From the human T2T-CHM13v2.0 reference genome, Homo sapiens: a stretch of 64,000 nucleotides of DNA. The notes under the pieces are model-generated. The model was not told where the DNA came from and did not search any database. It saw nothing but the letters and a program-made list of their open reading frames with translations. Below, piece after piece: positions 33,989 to 54,710 of this stretch. The DNA is taken from NCBI RefSeq assembly GCF_009914755.1, contig NC_060927.1; one strand, 5' to 3'. A program made the translations under genes and the position numbers. Positions within the stretch are counted from its first letter, which is position 1. Each line of letters starts with the position of its first letter.

Positions 33989-36668
33989 CAGGCGTATCTC
34001 TGAGATATTGCAAGTTCAGTTTCAGACCACCAGAATAGAGCAAATGTTGCAAGAAGGCAAGTCACACAGTTTTTATTTCCCCGTGCATATAAAAGTTATG
34101 TTTATATTCTACTGTAGTCTATTCAATAACTTTATGTCTAAAATTCAATAACTTTATGTCTAAAACACTTAACTGAAAAACACATTATTGCTAAAAAATG
34201 CTAACAATCATTTGAGCCTTCAATATGTCATAATCTTTATGCTGGTGGAAGGTCTTGCCTTGATATTGGTGGCTGCTGACTGATCAAAGTTGTGGTTGCC
34301 AAAGGCTGGGGTGGCTGTGGCAATTTCTTAAAGTAAGACAATAATGAGGTTTGATGCATCAATTAACTCTTTCATGAAAGATTTCTCTGTAGCATGTGAT
34401 GCTGTTTGAAAACATCTTATCCACAGAACTTTCAAAACTGAAGTCAATTCTCTCAAACCCTGCGTTTTATCAAATAAATTTATGTAATATACTAAATCCT
34501 TTATTGTCATTTCAACAATGTTCACAGAATCTTCACAAAATTCCATCTCAGGAAACTACTTTCTTTGTTCATCCGTAAGAAGCAACCCCTCATCCGCTAA
34601 TTTTATCATAAGATTACAGAAATTCAGTAACATCTTCAGACTCTACTTCTAACTCTCTTGCTATTTCTACTACATCTGCAGTTACTTCCTCCACAGAAGT
34701 CTCAAATTCCTCATAGTCATCCATGAGAGCTGGAATCAACTTCCTGCCAACTCCTGTTAATGTTGATCTTTTGACCTCCTCCCATAAATCATGAATGTTC
34801 TTAGTGGTATCTAGAATGGTGAATCATTTCCAGAAGGTTTTCAATTTCCTTTGGCTAGATCCATCAGAGAAAATAACTATATAAAGCAGCTATAATGCTA
34901 GGAAATGTATTTCTTAAGTAATAAGACTTGTAAGTTGAAATTATTCCTTGGTCCATGGACTGCAGAATGGTTGTTGTATTAGCAAGCATGAAAACAACAT
35001 TAATCTCCTTGTACATCTCCATCAGGCCTGTTGGGTGACCAGGGGCATTGTCAATGAGCAGTAATATTTGAAAAGGAATCTCTTTTTTTTCTGGGCAGTA
35101 GTTCTCAACAGTGGGCTTAAAATACTCAGAAAACCATACTATAAAGATATGTGCTGTCATCCTGGCTCTACTCATAGGCAGAGTAGACTTAGCATAACTC
35201 TGAGGGCCCTAGGATTTTCAGGGTTGTAAATGAGCACTGGGTTCAACTTAAAGTCACCTGCATTTCCTCTAACAAGAGAGTCAGCCTGTTCTTTGAAGCT
35301 TTGGAGCCTAGCAGTGACTACTTTCTAGCTAGGAAAGTCCTAGATGGCATTTTCTTCCAATAGAAGTCTGTTTTGTCTCCCTTGAAAATCTATTGTGTAG
35401 CGTAGCCACTTTCATCAATGATCTTAGCTAGATCTTCTGGATAACTTCCTGCAGCTTCTATATCAGCACTTGGCTACTTCATCCTGCAGTTTTCATGTTA
35501 TGGAAATGGCTTCTTTCTTTAATCCTCAAACCTCTGCTACCTTCCAACTTCTCTTCTGGAGCTTCCTCACCTACCTTCAGCCTTCAAAGAACTTAAGAGA
35601 GTTAGGGGTTTGCTTTGGATTAAGCATGTTACTAGAGTGTTGAGGCTGGTTTGATCTATCCAGATTAAACTTTCTCCATATCTTCAATAAGGCTGTTTTG
35701 CTTCAAAAAGAAATCATTCATGTGTTCACTGGTATGGCACTGTTAATTTCCTTCAAGAATTTTTCCCTTGCATCCACAACTTCACTGTTTGGTGCAAGAG
35801 GCCTAGCTTTCAGCATATCCCAGCGTATTTCAAAATGCCTTTCTCACTAAGCTTTATCACCTGTAGCTTTTGATTCAAAAGGAGACACATGTGACTCTTC
35901 CTTTCACTTGAAGACTTAGGAGCCAATGTAGGGTTATCAAGTGGCCTAATTGTAATATTATTGTGTCTCAGGGAATAGGAAGGCCTAAGGAGGGTGAGAG
36001 AGATGGGAGAATGGCTGGTCAGTGGAGTAATCAGAAAACACACAATACTCATCAAATAAGTTCACCATCTTACCTGGGCACAGTGCATGGTGTACCCCAA
36101 AACAATTACAATAGTAATGTCAAAGATCACTGATCACAGATCACCATAACAGATAATCATAATAATGAAAAGTTTGAAATATTATGAGAATTACCCAAAT
36201 GGGACATAGATACATGAAATAAGCACATGCTGCTGGAAAAATGGCACTGATAGACTTGCTGGACATAGGGTTGCCACAAAACTTTAATTTGTAAAAATTG
36301 CAATATCTAGGCTGGGTGTGGTGGCTCATATGCCTACAATCCCAGCATTTTGGGAGGCCAAGGCAGGTGGATCACTCAAAGTCAGGAGCTCAAGACCAGC
36401 CTGGGCAACATGGCGAAAGCCCATCTCTACAAAAACTGCAAAAATCAGCTGGCATGGTGACACAAACCTGCAGTCCCAGCTATCTGAAGGCTGAGGTGGG
36501 AGAACCACTTGAGCCTGGAGGCGGAGGTTGCAGTGAGCTGAAATTGCACTACTGCACACCTGCCTGGGTGACAGAGTGAGACCCTGTCTTTAATTAAAAA
36601 AAAAAAAAAAAAAAAAAAAGCATCTGCAAAGCACAACAAAGCAAAGTGCAATAAAACAAGGATGCCTG
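33989..36668 (-). mobile_element. Near full-length Tigger1 (TcMar-Tigger/pogo DNA transposon), transposase decayed
   Basis: Termini TA|CAGGCGTATCTC and GATGCCTG|TG. Transposase peptides SSERKSHMCLLLNQKLQVIKLSEKG and [12 protein letters not shown]...[27 protein letters not shown]. Confidence 0.93.
36310..36619 (+). mobile_element. AluJb-like, inserted in Tigger1
   Basis: Dimeric Alu with a long poly(A). Confidence 0.88.
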
Positions 36669-37716
36669 TGTTTCTTTGTCTTGTCTAACTGCTCTGTCTA
36701 CAACTCCAGTATTATGTTGAGTGAAAGCGGTAAGTGTGGGCCTCCTTATCTTGTTTCTAATCTTAGAGGAAAAGCTTTCAACCTTTCACCATTGAGTTTG
36801 GGTATTTGTCATCTATGGCCTCTATTGTTCTGAGGGAAGAGACAACTCATGGATTGTATTTGCAAAACAAGAACCAGACAGGGAGCTAATAACCAAAATA
36901 TATAAGAACTCAAACAACTCAATAGTAAGAAAACCTATAAGCCTGATTTTTTTAAACAGTCCAAGGACCTGAATAGATATTTCTCATATAAATGGCTGAC
37001 AAGTCATTCTCACCATCATTAATCATCACAGAAATGTAAATTAAAGCCACAGTAAGATATCCCTTCACACCAGTTAGGACGGCTATTATCAAAAAGACAA
37101 AGGCTAAGTGTTGGTGAGGATGCAGAGAAAAGGGAACGCTTACACACTGTTGGTGGGGATGTAAATTAATAAAGCCATTATGGAAAACAGTACGACATTC
37201 CTTTGACAAAATTAAAAATAGAACTACCATGATTTAGCCATCCCACTACCAGATATGCATCCAAAGAATATGAAACCAGTATGTCAGAGAGATACCTGTA
37301 CTCCCACATTCATTGCAGCACTATTCACAATAACCAAGATATGAAATCAACCTAAGTGTACATAAATGAATGAAGGAATAAAGAAAATGTGGCATATATA
37401 CACAATGCAATACTATTCAGCCTTACAAAAGAAGAAAATCATGTCATTTGGAATAACACAGATGAACCTGGAGGACATTATGTTAAGTGAAGTAAGTCAG
37501 GCGCAAAAAGACAAATATTGTATGACCTCAGTTACTTGTGGAATCTAAAAATGTTGAACTCATAGAAACAGGGAGTAAAATGGAGCTTGCCAGAGGTTGA
37601 GAGATAAGATATTTGTCAAATGACATAAAATTTCAGGGAGAATAAGTTCAAGTGATCTACTGCACATCATGGTGGCTACAGTTAATAACGATATATTACA
37701 GACTTAAAAATTGCTA

Positions 37717-38000
37717 GGCTGGGCACGGTAGCTGACGCCTGCAATCTCAGCACTTTGGGAGGTTGAGGCAGGGGAATTTGAGACCAGGAGTTTGAGAGCA
37801 GCCTGAACAACATAGTGAAACCTCATCCTACCAAAAAAAAAATAAAAAATTAGCTGGGCATGATGGCATGTGCCTATAATTCCATCTACTTGGAAGGATT
37901 ACTTGAACCTAGGAGGTCAAGGCTGCAGTGAGCCATGATAGCACCACTGTACTCCAAGCTGGGCAGCAGAACAAGACCCTGTTTCAAAAAAGAAAAAGAA
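37717..38000 (+). mobile_element. AluJ, inserted in the L1MA 3'UTR
   Basis: J-type GAGGTCAAGGCTGCAGTGAGCCATGAT. TSD AAAATTGCTA. Confidence 0.88.
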
Positions 38001-39500
38001 AATTGCTAAGAGAAATGATGTTAAGTGTTCTCATCACAAAAAAATGGTAAATATGTGAGGGAATACCTATGTTACATAGCTTGATTTAGCCACTCCACAA
38101 TGTATAGCTATATCAAAACGTCATTTGTACACCATAAATACCTATGACTTTTACTTGTCAATTAAAAAAATTATTAAAGTCTCATGTTATGCACAAAATT
38201 TTAAAAATGTAAATACACCATAATTTTAAAAAATGCAAAGAATTTTGTTTCGAAATTGGTAAACCAAAGGAATTACAAACTGTGTTTATGCTGTACCACA
38301 AGGTGGTACCAAATGATGTAGTGTACAAATACCCACGGACTTAGTAGTATGGAAATGCATTCTGTAAATCATTTTAGTCACTATTGTGCTGTGTGTTTTA
38401 ACAGCCAATACTCCCAGGTTAAAATCTTTTACAAATTCTATAATAATGTCTTCCATACATTCAGTGATGCTGAAAAACATAACCAAAAATCAATAACTTT
38501 TGAACCACTGCCAAAATATACCACGCTGTTAATTTCAGTGAGGACTCACAGCTATTAGAGATAATCCTAAGATATAAACACAGCATCAAAACAACAATAA
38601 GATATGATGGCTGTAGATTTATACACTATGTAGACAACCTCCCTGCTTTTTTTTTTTTTAAGAGAAAACAAGTCCTGAATGATACGCTTTGTGAATTATA
38701 TGAGTTCTTCAAGGCACTACCTTGGCAATAAACACCACTGCTACCCTGGATTTTCAACCTTGCCATAAAGAGTGAAGCCTGAAGGGTGCATTCCCAAGTA
38801 CTATACTTCTTTCAGGTGTTTTACCCTTATGTTACTTTTTATTCAAAGAAAAATGAGAAAATATTGACATATTTAAACCATGATAAGTAACTAGCAGCTC
38901 TCTGTCTTCTATTTAAAGACTGTGCTGCCAAATCCATCACTTAAAAAGGTATTTGCAAATGCTTCTCCGGTAATTCTGCAATGGAAACCGCCTGTAGAAA
39001 ATCTCTACCGGTATTAATTTTGCAATCCTATTGAGCCTCATGTTAACAAAATAAAAATGTATTATGCTTGCTCTTTTTATATGGCAGGTGTGGACAGCTG
39101 TGAAGAGCTACTTGTTTACTTGTGGCTGCCACAGCTGTCTTTCTGAATTATCCAGTGAAAACAAATATTGACTTTTTTAAAAAAAATGTAACCCAAACAG
39201 TGAATGGGATATAAACTGTTATTGAGTAAAAACAATTTAACGAGCATTTGGATGCCTACTATGTGCAATGCCATAAGCCAGATATAAGCCTAAATTTCAC
39301 CAAATGAGCTATTTGATATGCTCTCCAATAAGCTACTCTATTGTGAACTCTGATTGAAGCTCAGTTGTGTGTCCTGCTGAGTGACAATGGCCAGCACAAT
39401 CTACTTGGCCTTTTTTCTTATTCACTCCTGGACAAGAAATTTGACTTATCCACTCTTTTTTATCCAAAATTACCTCCAAGAGGCAACATTGCTAAAATTC

Positions 39501-39802
39501 TTTTTTTCTCTCTCTCTCTGAGATAAAGTCACACTTTGTCACCCAGGCTAAAGTGCAGGGGTGCAATCATAGCTCATTGCAGCCTTGACCTCCCTGGGCT
39601 TAAGCGATCCTTCCACCTCGGCCTCCCGAGTAGCCTGGACCACTGATGAGTGCCACCATGCCCAGTTAATTTTTGTCTTTTGTAGAGATGGAGTTTAACC
39701 ATGTTTCAGGGAGGCTGGTTTCCAGCTCCTGAACTCAAGCCATCCACCCGCCTCAGCCTCCCAAAGTGCCAGGATTGTAGGCATGAGCCACTGCGCCTGG
39801 CT
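39501..39802 (-). mobile_element. AluJ
   Basis: Antisense Alu. TSD GCTAAAATTCTT at 39491-39502 and 39803-39814. Confidence 0.9.
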
Positions 39803-40164
39803 GCTAAAATTCTTATCATGCCATTTCTTTCATTGTGTTAATGCATTCTAAGATGGAATTAATTTTACCTTCACCACTCTCAATTCTACTCTAAAATTGT
39901 TTATTTGCTAACTCATCTATCCTGGTAAGTCTGCTTTACAAATAACATTCCAAACTATGAAGCGCAAATAAACTCAGTTGGGTTTAAAAGAATGGCTTTG
40001 GCATTTCCCAAATGAATAGGAGCAGTCATTTCCTCTTCCTAACAGTCCTATTGCCCATTCAACCCCTAATGATTTATAGAATACCAACCTTGACTCTTAA
40101 TATAAGTATCAAGATCTTCAGGTTTCACCATGATTTCTGGTGGTCTTTTCACAATGCCCCTGCC

Positions 40165-41080
40165 CAGGATTCAAACCTGAGGTCTTCAGGCTTGAAGGGG
40201 TCGACAGAATTTGGGGAAATGGGGTGCTGAACTTGGATGAGATAAAAAATTACATCTTTATTTCATTAACCTCCAACAAAATCTAACATTTCTTTCAACG
40301 ATGAATACAAGCACTAAAATGCAGTAGTATTAGCAGTACCCACAAACTTGTCATCAAAAGAAATCGAATACATTCTTCATCTCACATCTCAGTTATTGCA
40401 GATATATTGAAGTGTCATTGAATGCTCATCACTACTTCAAATTATGGTAGTTTTGAGGCCTGCTACAAGATTTTTTTAATTTTTATTTTTAGTTCTGGGG
40501 TACATGTGCAGGACATACAGGTTTGTTACATAGGTAAACATGTGCCCTGGTGGTTCACTACACCTATCAACCCATCACCTAGGTATTAAGCCCAGTATAC
40601 ATTAGCTAATTTTCCTAATGCTATCACTCCCCAAACCCCACCCTCCAAAAGGCCCCAGTGTATGTTGTTCCCCTCCCTGTGTCCATGTGTTCTCATTGTT
40701 CAGCTCCCACTTATAAAGTGAGGACATGCAGTGTTTGGTTTTCTGTTCCTGTGTTAGTTTGCTGAGGATAATGGCTTCCAGCTTCATTCACGTCCCTACA
40801 AAGGACATTATCTTATTCCTTTTTATGGCTGCATAGTATGCCCAACAATGATAGACCGTATAAGGAAAATGTGGTACATATACAAGATCTTTTTAAATGT
40901 GTTAATAAAGTACAAATATTACTCTATCACACTTGTATTTAATATCTGATCATTTTATTTCAATATAATTGGTCTCTTCTGTCCTATTTCTGATTTTATT
41001 TTATAAACATAATTATGAGAAGGGTCCATCAGCTTCACCATCCTGCCAAAGGGATCCATGACTCAGAGAAAGAACCCCAG
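40165..41080. mobile_element. Charlie4a-like hAT element, split by an L1 insertion
   Basis: GAACTTGGATGAGATAAAAAATTACATCTTTATTTC...GGGTCCATCAGCTTCACC...GCCAAAGGGATCCATG. Confidence 0.7.
40471..40883 (-). mobile_element. Short L1PA10-like insertion with a 5' inversion (- 40471-40839, + 40840-40883)
   Basis: The antisense 3'UTR switches to sense CCCAACAATGATAGACCGTATAAGGAAAATGTGGTACATATAC. TSD TACAAGAT(T/C)TTTTT. Confidence 0.85.
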
Positions 41081-41209
41081 TGGTATGCCACAGTGATCAT
41101 GCCCAAGTACCAGGAAGGAAGCTGAAAGCTGGAGAGGCTAAATAACTGCCCTAAGTTATTTTTTAAAAAATCGTAACGACAACATAGATCATTTGTGAAT
41201 ACTTCCTAT

Positions 41210-41697
41210 AATTTTTTCTATTACTGCTATAACAAGTTACCACAAATTTAGTGGCTTAAAAATGATGTAAATTTATAATGGTTCTACATGTCACAAGTCC
41301 AAAATGGGTTTAACTGGGCTAACCTCAAGGTGTCCACAGGGCTGCCTGCCTTCTGGAGGCCCTAAGGGAAAATTATTTCTTCGCCTTTCCCAGCTTCTGA
41401 AACAGGCTGCCCATGTTGCTTGGCTGTGGCCCTGTTCCATCGTAAAAGTACATCACTCCGACCTCCGTTTCCATCATCATATCTCCTCTCTGATTCCACC
41501 TCTCCTGCCTCCTCCTTTCATGTAAAAGGACCTTGGTGATGACAGTGTGTCCATTTACATAATCTAGGATCATTTCCCCATCTCAAGATCCTTCATTACA
41601 TCTGCAAAGCCCTTTTCACCATGTAAGGTAAACATGCTCATAGGTTCCAAGGATTCGAATGTGCATCTCCTTAAGGGACCATTATTCTGCCTACCAC
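41210..41697 (-). mobile_element. MLT1C/D-like MaLR LTR
   Basis: CTGCTATAACAAGTTACCACAAATTTAGTGGCTTAAAA...CATTATTCTGCCTACCACA. Confidence 0.8.
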
Positions 41698-42002
41698 ACA
41701 CTAAATACCAGAAATTCAGCTTTATGTGACACAGAACGCAATGTTTTTGGAAATATCTTCAGGCTCACAGATGACAATTTTGAAGCTCTGACTTCAGAAT
41801 TCAAGGTCATGCAGGCAGCAAGGGGCAGAACTAGGATTCAGTCATTTTAGCTACCTGACTCTAATGGCAGCTACTTTTAAGTACCTACTATGAATCGGGC
41901 ATTTTACGCGTACGGGATTTTCTTACCCTTTAATTTCTCAACTCGCTGTCCGATGCTTGCTTGGTCAACTCTCACTTACCTCTTGGGTGCAAAGTTTAAT
42001 GC

Positions 42003-42525
42003 TTTTTTAATTTTTATTAAGTTCTGGGGTACATGTACAGGATATGCAGGTTTGTTACATAGGTAAACATGTGCCATGGTGGTTTGCTGCATAGACCATC
42101 CCATCACCTAAGTATTAAGCCCAGCATACATTTGCTATTTTTCTTGAGGGTTTCCCACTCCGTGCTGCCTGACAGGCCCCAGCATGTGATGATCACCTCC
42201 CTGTGTCCATCTCTTCTCATTGTTCATCTCCCACTTATAAGTGAGAACATGCAGTGTTTGGTTTTTCTGTTCCTGTGTTAGTTTGCTGAGGATAATGACC
42301 TCCAGCTCCATCCACATCCCTGCAAAGGACATGATCTCAGTCCTTTTTATGCTGCAAAGTATTCCATAATGTATATGTACTACATTTTCTTTATCCAGTC
42401 TATCACTGATGGGCATTTGGGTTGACTCCAATCTCATTACTGGGTATACACCCAAAGGAATATAAATTATTCTATTATAAAGATACATGCACGTGTATGT
42501 TCATTACAGCACTATTACAAAAGCA
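42003..42525 (-). mobile_element. Short L1PA11-like insertion with a 5' inversion (- 42003-42430, + 42431-42525)
   Basis: The antisense 3'UTR switches to sense ATCTCATTACTGGGTATACACCCAAAGG. Partial TSD GCAAAGT. Confidence 0.82.
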
Positions 42526-43322
42526 AAGTAACAGTTTCTTTAATGGCTTTCTGGGGCCTTCACTAGAGTGTGTGCAGTCACTGAATTTTATTTTTATTTA
42601 TCCAGTATTAACCTTACCTTAATGAACACATTTCAGGATAGGGAGAATAAAAAGGAGAGGCTCACTGAGCAGTTCCTTTACTCTTTAATAAACCTAGTGT
42701 CCAGCATAACTCATAAGAATGAAAATGAAACCTTTGAAAGGACAGCTTTTCCCTATCTGTGAGGCCTTCCAAAGCATATCTCAGGTCAAATCTGTGACCA
42801 TTCTGCCCTTCTATGCAAGGCTCCATCTTGGATTCTATTGAAGACACAAAAAGGTGTCTATCCCTCCTCTCAAACAGTTTATAACCTAAGGGATGTGAAG
42901 AGGGAATAAGTAAAACTTCATCAGTTCAAACATGATTCAGGCAGAGAGCAACACTGTCAGTTACCCAGGCCAAAGGTCAACATCACAATGAGGTTTTTCA
43001 TAATAAAAGAAGCCAAACTAGGAGGACCCTCACAACAAGCAAGGATGCTGCAGAGCTCTAGATAATGAAGTGAGTTTTGCAAGGTGAGGGAGGGCTGTTA
43101 AGCATTAAATAAAAATTAAAAAGCACAGAGGCTGGAAATCATGGCATAGGGCAGGAAAGTTTTATTTGCTCCGAAGGGAGAAGATGCCCTAAGAACACTG
43201 GACCTGCAGTCGGAAGGCCCAGATTTGAGAAGCCACCTCTGCCACTACCTATGTAACCATAGCTATTTGATTACACCAAGATTTCTCATGCATAAAAAGG
43301 GATAATAAGAAGGTTTACTCAG

Positions 43323-43638
<316 letters not shown>

Positions 43639-43919
43639 TTATGCAAAATAAGTAAAATAATATAAGTGAGCATGCATAAATGTTCCTCTGAATTTGAGGG
43701 TAGAATAGTAGGCAGAAAGGATTATCTGGCAAGGAAGGGAAACAGGAGGCACAAAATAGTATTATAAACAATGGAAGGAGGCTCAAGAATGAGGAGAACC
43801 CACATTCCTTCTGAAACTTTAATACCCTTCTACTCCAACCTCTTTCTTACTCAGGAATATTATAACAATCAGATATGAGAAAAAATAACAGGTCTTGTAT
43901 AATTTCAAAAAATTTCTGT

Positions 43920-50361
<6,442 letters not shown>

Positions 50362-51569
50362 TATAATAAATTTCTATTTTAAAGAAAGTTACCTATTCCT
50401 CAAAGCACCACAGAATGCAGATTCAGTGTACGTACAGCCAGAGTCTAGAATCTTCCATGCATGAAAATGGAGTTTATGTGAAATACAACACTTAACTTTA
50501 TTGTAGCATGTCTGAGGAGCTTCAATAAAAGGACCAATATAAAGATTATTTTGACTACCTAAAGCATTTAGGCACTTAGGGATAAAAGGTAAGAAAAACA
50601 AGTTTTTCTAAAAATAAGTCAAATAAGAATGAACAGTCAATAGTCTTTTTTAACTTAAATAGCATGTAAATAGTTAATTTGGTTGGAAGAATCATTTTCT
50701 TTTTATAACTTTAAATAAAAGTTTTTCTTAACTGACATCCACTCTTAGCCCCCTATCCACAACAAACACTTTCATGGATAAGTTTTAAAAATGAATAAAT
50801 GAACTGATCACCCCTTTCAGTTTATTGTTTCATAAAATATAGCAGAGGAACATGAGGCCAGTGTCAAAGGCATACTATGCTCTTACCACTCCAAGTTAGA
50901 AGATCTTAGGAAATTGCTCTAAGTTTCAGTTGCCTCAACTGTAAAGTGTTGACCAAAATGTGAAGATTCAGTGAAACAATTAGTGTAAAGCCCCTAACAC
51001 TCAGTTGGAGGGGAGAGGCAGACACATATTCCCAACTCTTCATGCTCCATTAGCCAGAGTTGATGCTCACCCTGACTTCTCTCCCCAAACCTCAGGAGCC
51101 CCTCCGTAAAGTAAGAGGAATGACTTACATAACTGGTTGATTGGCAAGTTTGGAGAAAAGGAACCTAGCATTCAAAGATCATTCCCTGGAAGGATCCCTT
51201 TTAGGGTCTGCCTACTTAAGCAGAGGCTAACATTTTGATCTGTTCTGTTCCATGTAGTAAAGAACCTACCCTGCTAAGGACATCCTGAAAATAACTGCTT
51301 TAGCCATGCCTGGTAGAATGACCAAGTCCACTTTCCCACATACCCAAAGCCATGGTCTCTACTCCTCCTATTATCAATTATACAGCTGAAATTTCAGCTA
51401 TCTATATAACTTTTTTGTTAATTTATCTGTTGGTTGTAAACTCAGATATAGAAAAGAGTGTCATTTACTGTGCTCATAAAACCCAAACAATCGATACAAA
51501 ATACTAACAGCTATTACTATCATCATCATCATCACCATCTTCTGTATCCTCCTACTTGATCTTTACCAT

Positions 51570-52468
51570 CTTATATCTTTTTTGACATCTCCATTTGGAT
51601 AGCTAATATGCATTTCAACCCAACATATCCCAAATCAAACTTCTGATTTCCTCTTTCACCTCCCACACCTATTCCTCCCATACACCTCCTCATCTCAGAA
51701 ACAACAACCCCTTCTTTCTGGTTGCTCAAGCCAAAAAGACGGGCATCCTCCTTGATTCCCCTCTTTCTCTTACACTCTCCACCCCATCTGTCAGCAGAAT
51801 GGCACTGGCTCCATTTCACAACATTTTCACAGTCTACTCCATTCTTACTGCCTCTGCTGCTATTCCCTTTTTCCAACCCACCCTCACTTCCTGACAGGAT
51901 TACTTTCAAAACCTCCCAATGAGTCTCTGTTTCTGCTCTTGCCCTCCTATGTAAAGTGTAGGTCAGATTCTGTCTCCCTCTGCTCAAAACCCTCTAATAT
52001 ATGGTCATCCTACTCAGGATAGAAGCCAAAATCTTCACAATGGCCTACACATGCAGGGGTGGGAAGTGCAGTATTCACTCCACTTAACACTCTGGCCTTA
52101 TCACCTACTCCTTTCCCTCCTCTCTCATGGCCTCTGCACCTGCTGTGTCCACCACCTGGAACACCTGGCCCCCAGTTATCTTTAGTCTTTATCCAAATAG
52201 CATCTGCTTAGTAAGGCCTTCCCTGGTGACCTTATTTGAAATAGCAAACTCCCCTACACCCACCTTGCTCCCTCAATTCCTTGACTCTGTGTTATTTTTC
52301 TCCTCAGAACTAATCACCATCTGACATTTACTTTTTTCTCTTTGTTCACTGTCTGCCTCCACTCACTATCACTAAGAGCTCCTTGAGGGCAAAATGTTTC
52401 CGCAGAAAAAGAACAGTATGTACCTGATGCACAGTCAGTATTCAAATATTTGCTGAATGAATGAACGA
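51570..52468 (+). mobile_element. L2a 3' region
   Basis: GACATCTCCATTTGGATAGCTAAT...CTGCTCAAAACCCTC...AAATATTTGCTGAATGAATGAA. Confidence 0.85.
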
Positions 52469-54004
52469 CGTAGAAGTATGTGATAAAAACAAATGCATTT
52501 CTTCCTTGTTAGCTGGCTTCTAGAAGGCATAATAAATAATACATGCCATGAATAAATAAACCCCAAAATTGTAAAGTTATGATTTCTCCATCTAAGGTAA
52601 ACTAGTCGGGTTAGTTGCTCAAGTGGAGCAGAGATAGATGTTTTTGTGAAAATTTTCACTGCAAAGCCCAGATGCCATGTGGCTGTCTAACATGCATACA
52701 AAGTAAAGTACAAAGTTGTGCAGCTTACAGGTGACACAATTAGGTCACTGGGGGCAAGAATGCTTAGAAATGATGAAGAAATCTGTAAGACTTCTCAAAT
52801 GAATCTTTGTGTAGCTGCAGCAGATGTGCTTTCTTAGTTCCCAAGCATCAAATGCCAACTTCAGCCTTTCTGCAGCCTCCTTCCTCTAGATAATTTCACT
52901 TCAGGGCTGCCATTTTACTTGTCATCTTCACATATCCCTCTTTAAAATTATGTGTGATGTTTCAAACACACCTACCAAATTGCCCTTTCACTTTGTGTTG
53001 AAGAACTGTGCGCAAATTACAGTGTATTTTCTCATTATATGCAATATTATTACAAAGAAACCTACCCCAGCTAGATCTGTGGATTTCAGTTTTTCAATCT
53101 CATGAGGTATTCTAAAATGAGAAACTACAGAGAAGAAAGAAGAAGGTATAATACCCAATCTCCCGCTTCGGGCCCCTTATGTTTTCTGGTGGGTGATGTA
53201 AGAATTGAATATTGGTTCTGTTTTGGAGGAACTCCCCATCACAAGGAGATGGGGTTTTTGCTGGATTCTCTTGCCTCAGGAATAATCCTCAATTCCGCCT
53301 GTCACCAGGATTGTTTGCCAAACCACAGCTTTACTCCAAATGCTGAGAAGAGAGTGGTGGCTCAAAATTAACAGGGGATAATAGCTGTTTGAAACCACAA
53401 GTAACATTTATGTCCCTACAAATGGTACTTATCAAACAGTTAAGTGAACTGCTGACTATGAAGAAGCCTGTGTGTAGGAAAGTCTGGCTTCTAGAACTTC
53501 CTCTAAGGGTCACTAAACTGTATCATTGGTTATATTACTTTACTCTGAAATCTTTTTGTAGAAAAATGCTATTAGTAGAAGTCAGAAATCATAAAATAAC
53601 CATTCATTCAACATATGTTTATTAAGCACCTACTACATTCCAGGAACTCTTATAGGTAGTAGAAATCCAGAGAGAACTAAACATAAAAATCGTTGTTCTC
53701 ATGGAAGTTACATTTCAATAGTCTTTCAACAGAAAATTTATTTACAATAGTAAGATTTATTACTAATTTGGAACCCACTTTGTATAGCGAGAAAACACTC
53801 AGATTGGAGTCCAGGGGTCAGGGTTCAAGTCTTGACTATGCTACCAGGGTTCAAGTCTTGACTATGCTTGCTCCCAGATCTTTAGTTTTGTGTATTCTCC
53901 TAGGATTTGAATGAATGAAATAAAGTACCCAGGAAATTACCTGTCATGTGGAAAATGATTGATAACTCTGAGAACAGTGATGATAATCGGTATAGTTCTC
54001 TAAC

Positions 54005-54710
54005 ACAGGAATTGACAAATTATGGCCCACAGGCCAAATCCAACTGGCCATTTGTTTGAGTAAATAAAGTGTGACTGGGACACAAGCACACCCATTCATT
54101 TATGTATCATCTGCGGCTGCTTTCGCACTACAGTGGCAGAGTTGAATAATTGCAACAGAGGCTGTATGGCCCTCAAAGCCTAACAATTTTACTATGTGAC
54201 CCCTTGAAGAAATAAAATTTACCAACTCTGGCTCTAATCTCTTGCTATGCTAAATGATGTCCAAGAACAGGCATCATCAGCATCACCCAGCTGGCCTGTT
54301 GGAACTGCAGAATCTGAGGCCCCACTCCAGACCTGAATCAGAATCAACATTTTAACAAGATACCCAGGTGTGACACATATGATCTCTGGAAGCCCAAGAA
54401 ACACTGCCACAAAGTGTGCCCATGAGGACGTAAGTGATCTTGCTCTACTACATCAATATGGTCAATTTCAACCCTCCCCTTCCTTCCACTCCAGCCAATA
54501 GCTAAGTTCAGAATAATGATTGTTTTCCAACTTAGTAAACATCAGAATCACATATGGGGCTTTCTAAAAATATAAACTCCTGGCACCCGCCCCCCACTCC
54601 AGTGATTCTGATTCAATGAATCAGAGGTGGGGGTCAAAGATTCCACATTTTTAAAACAAATACCCAAAGGAAATTCAAACACAAGTGACCCTAGGATATC
54701 ACTTTAGAAA
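54005..54710. mobile_element. Cluster of hAT MITEs: MER58A (~54005-54230), MER5A-like (~54235-54410), MER5B-like (~54515-54710)
   Basis: GGCCCACAGGCCAAATCC; GCAGAATCTGAGGCCCCACTCCAGACCTGAATCAGAATC; CATCAGAATCAC...GATTCTGATTCAAT. Confidence 0.7.

Noticed and set aside
53280-53345. Plus-strand acceptor followed by NNPQFRL (calpain-like motif)
   Set aside because: The frame ends after ~21 codons with no further similarity, so this is probably coincidence.
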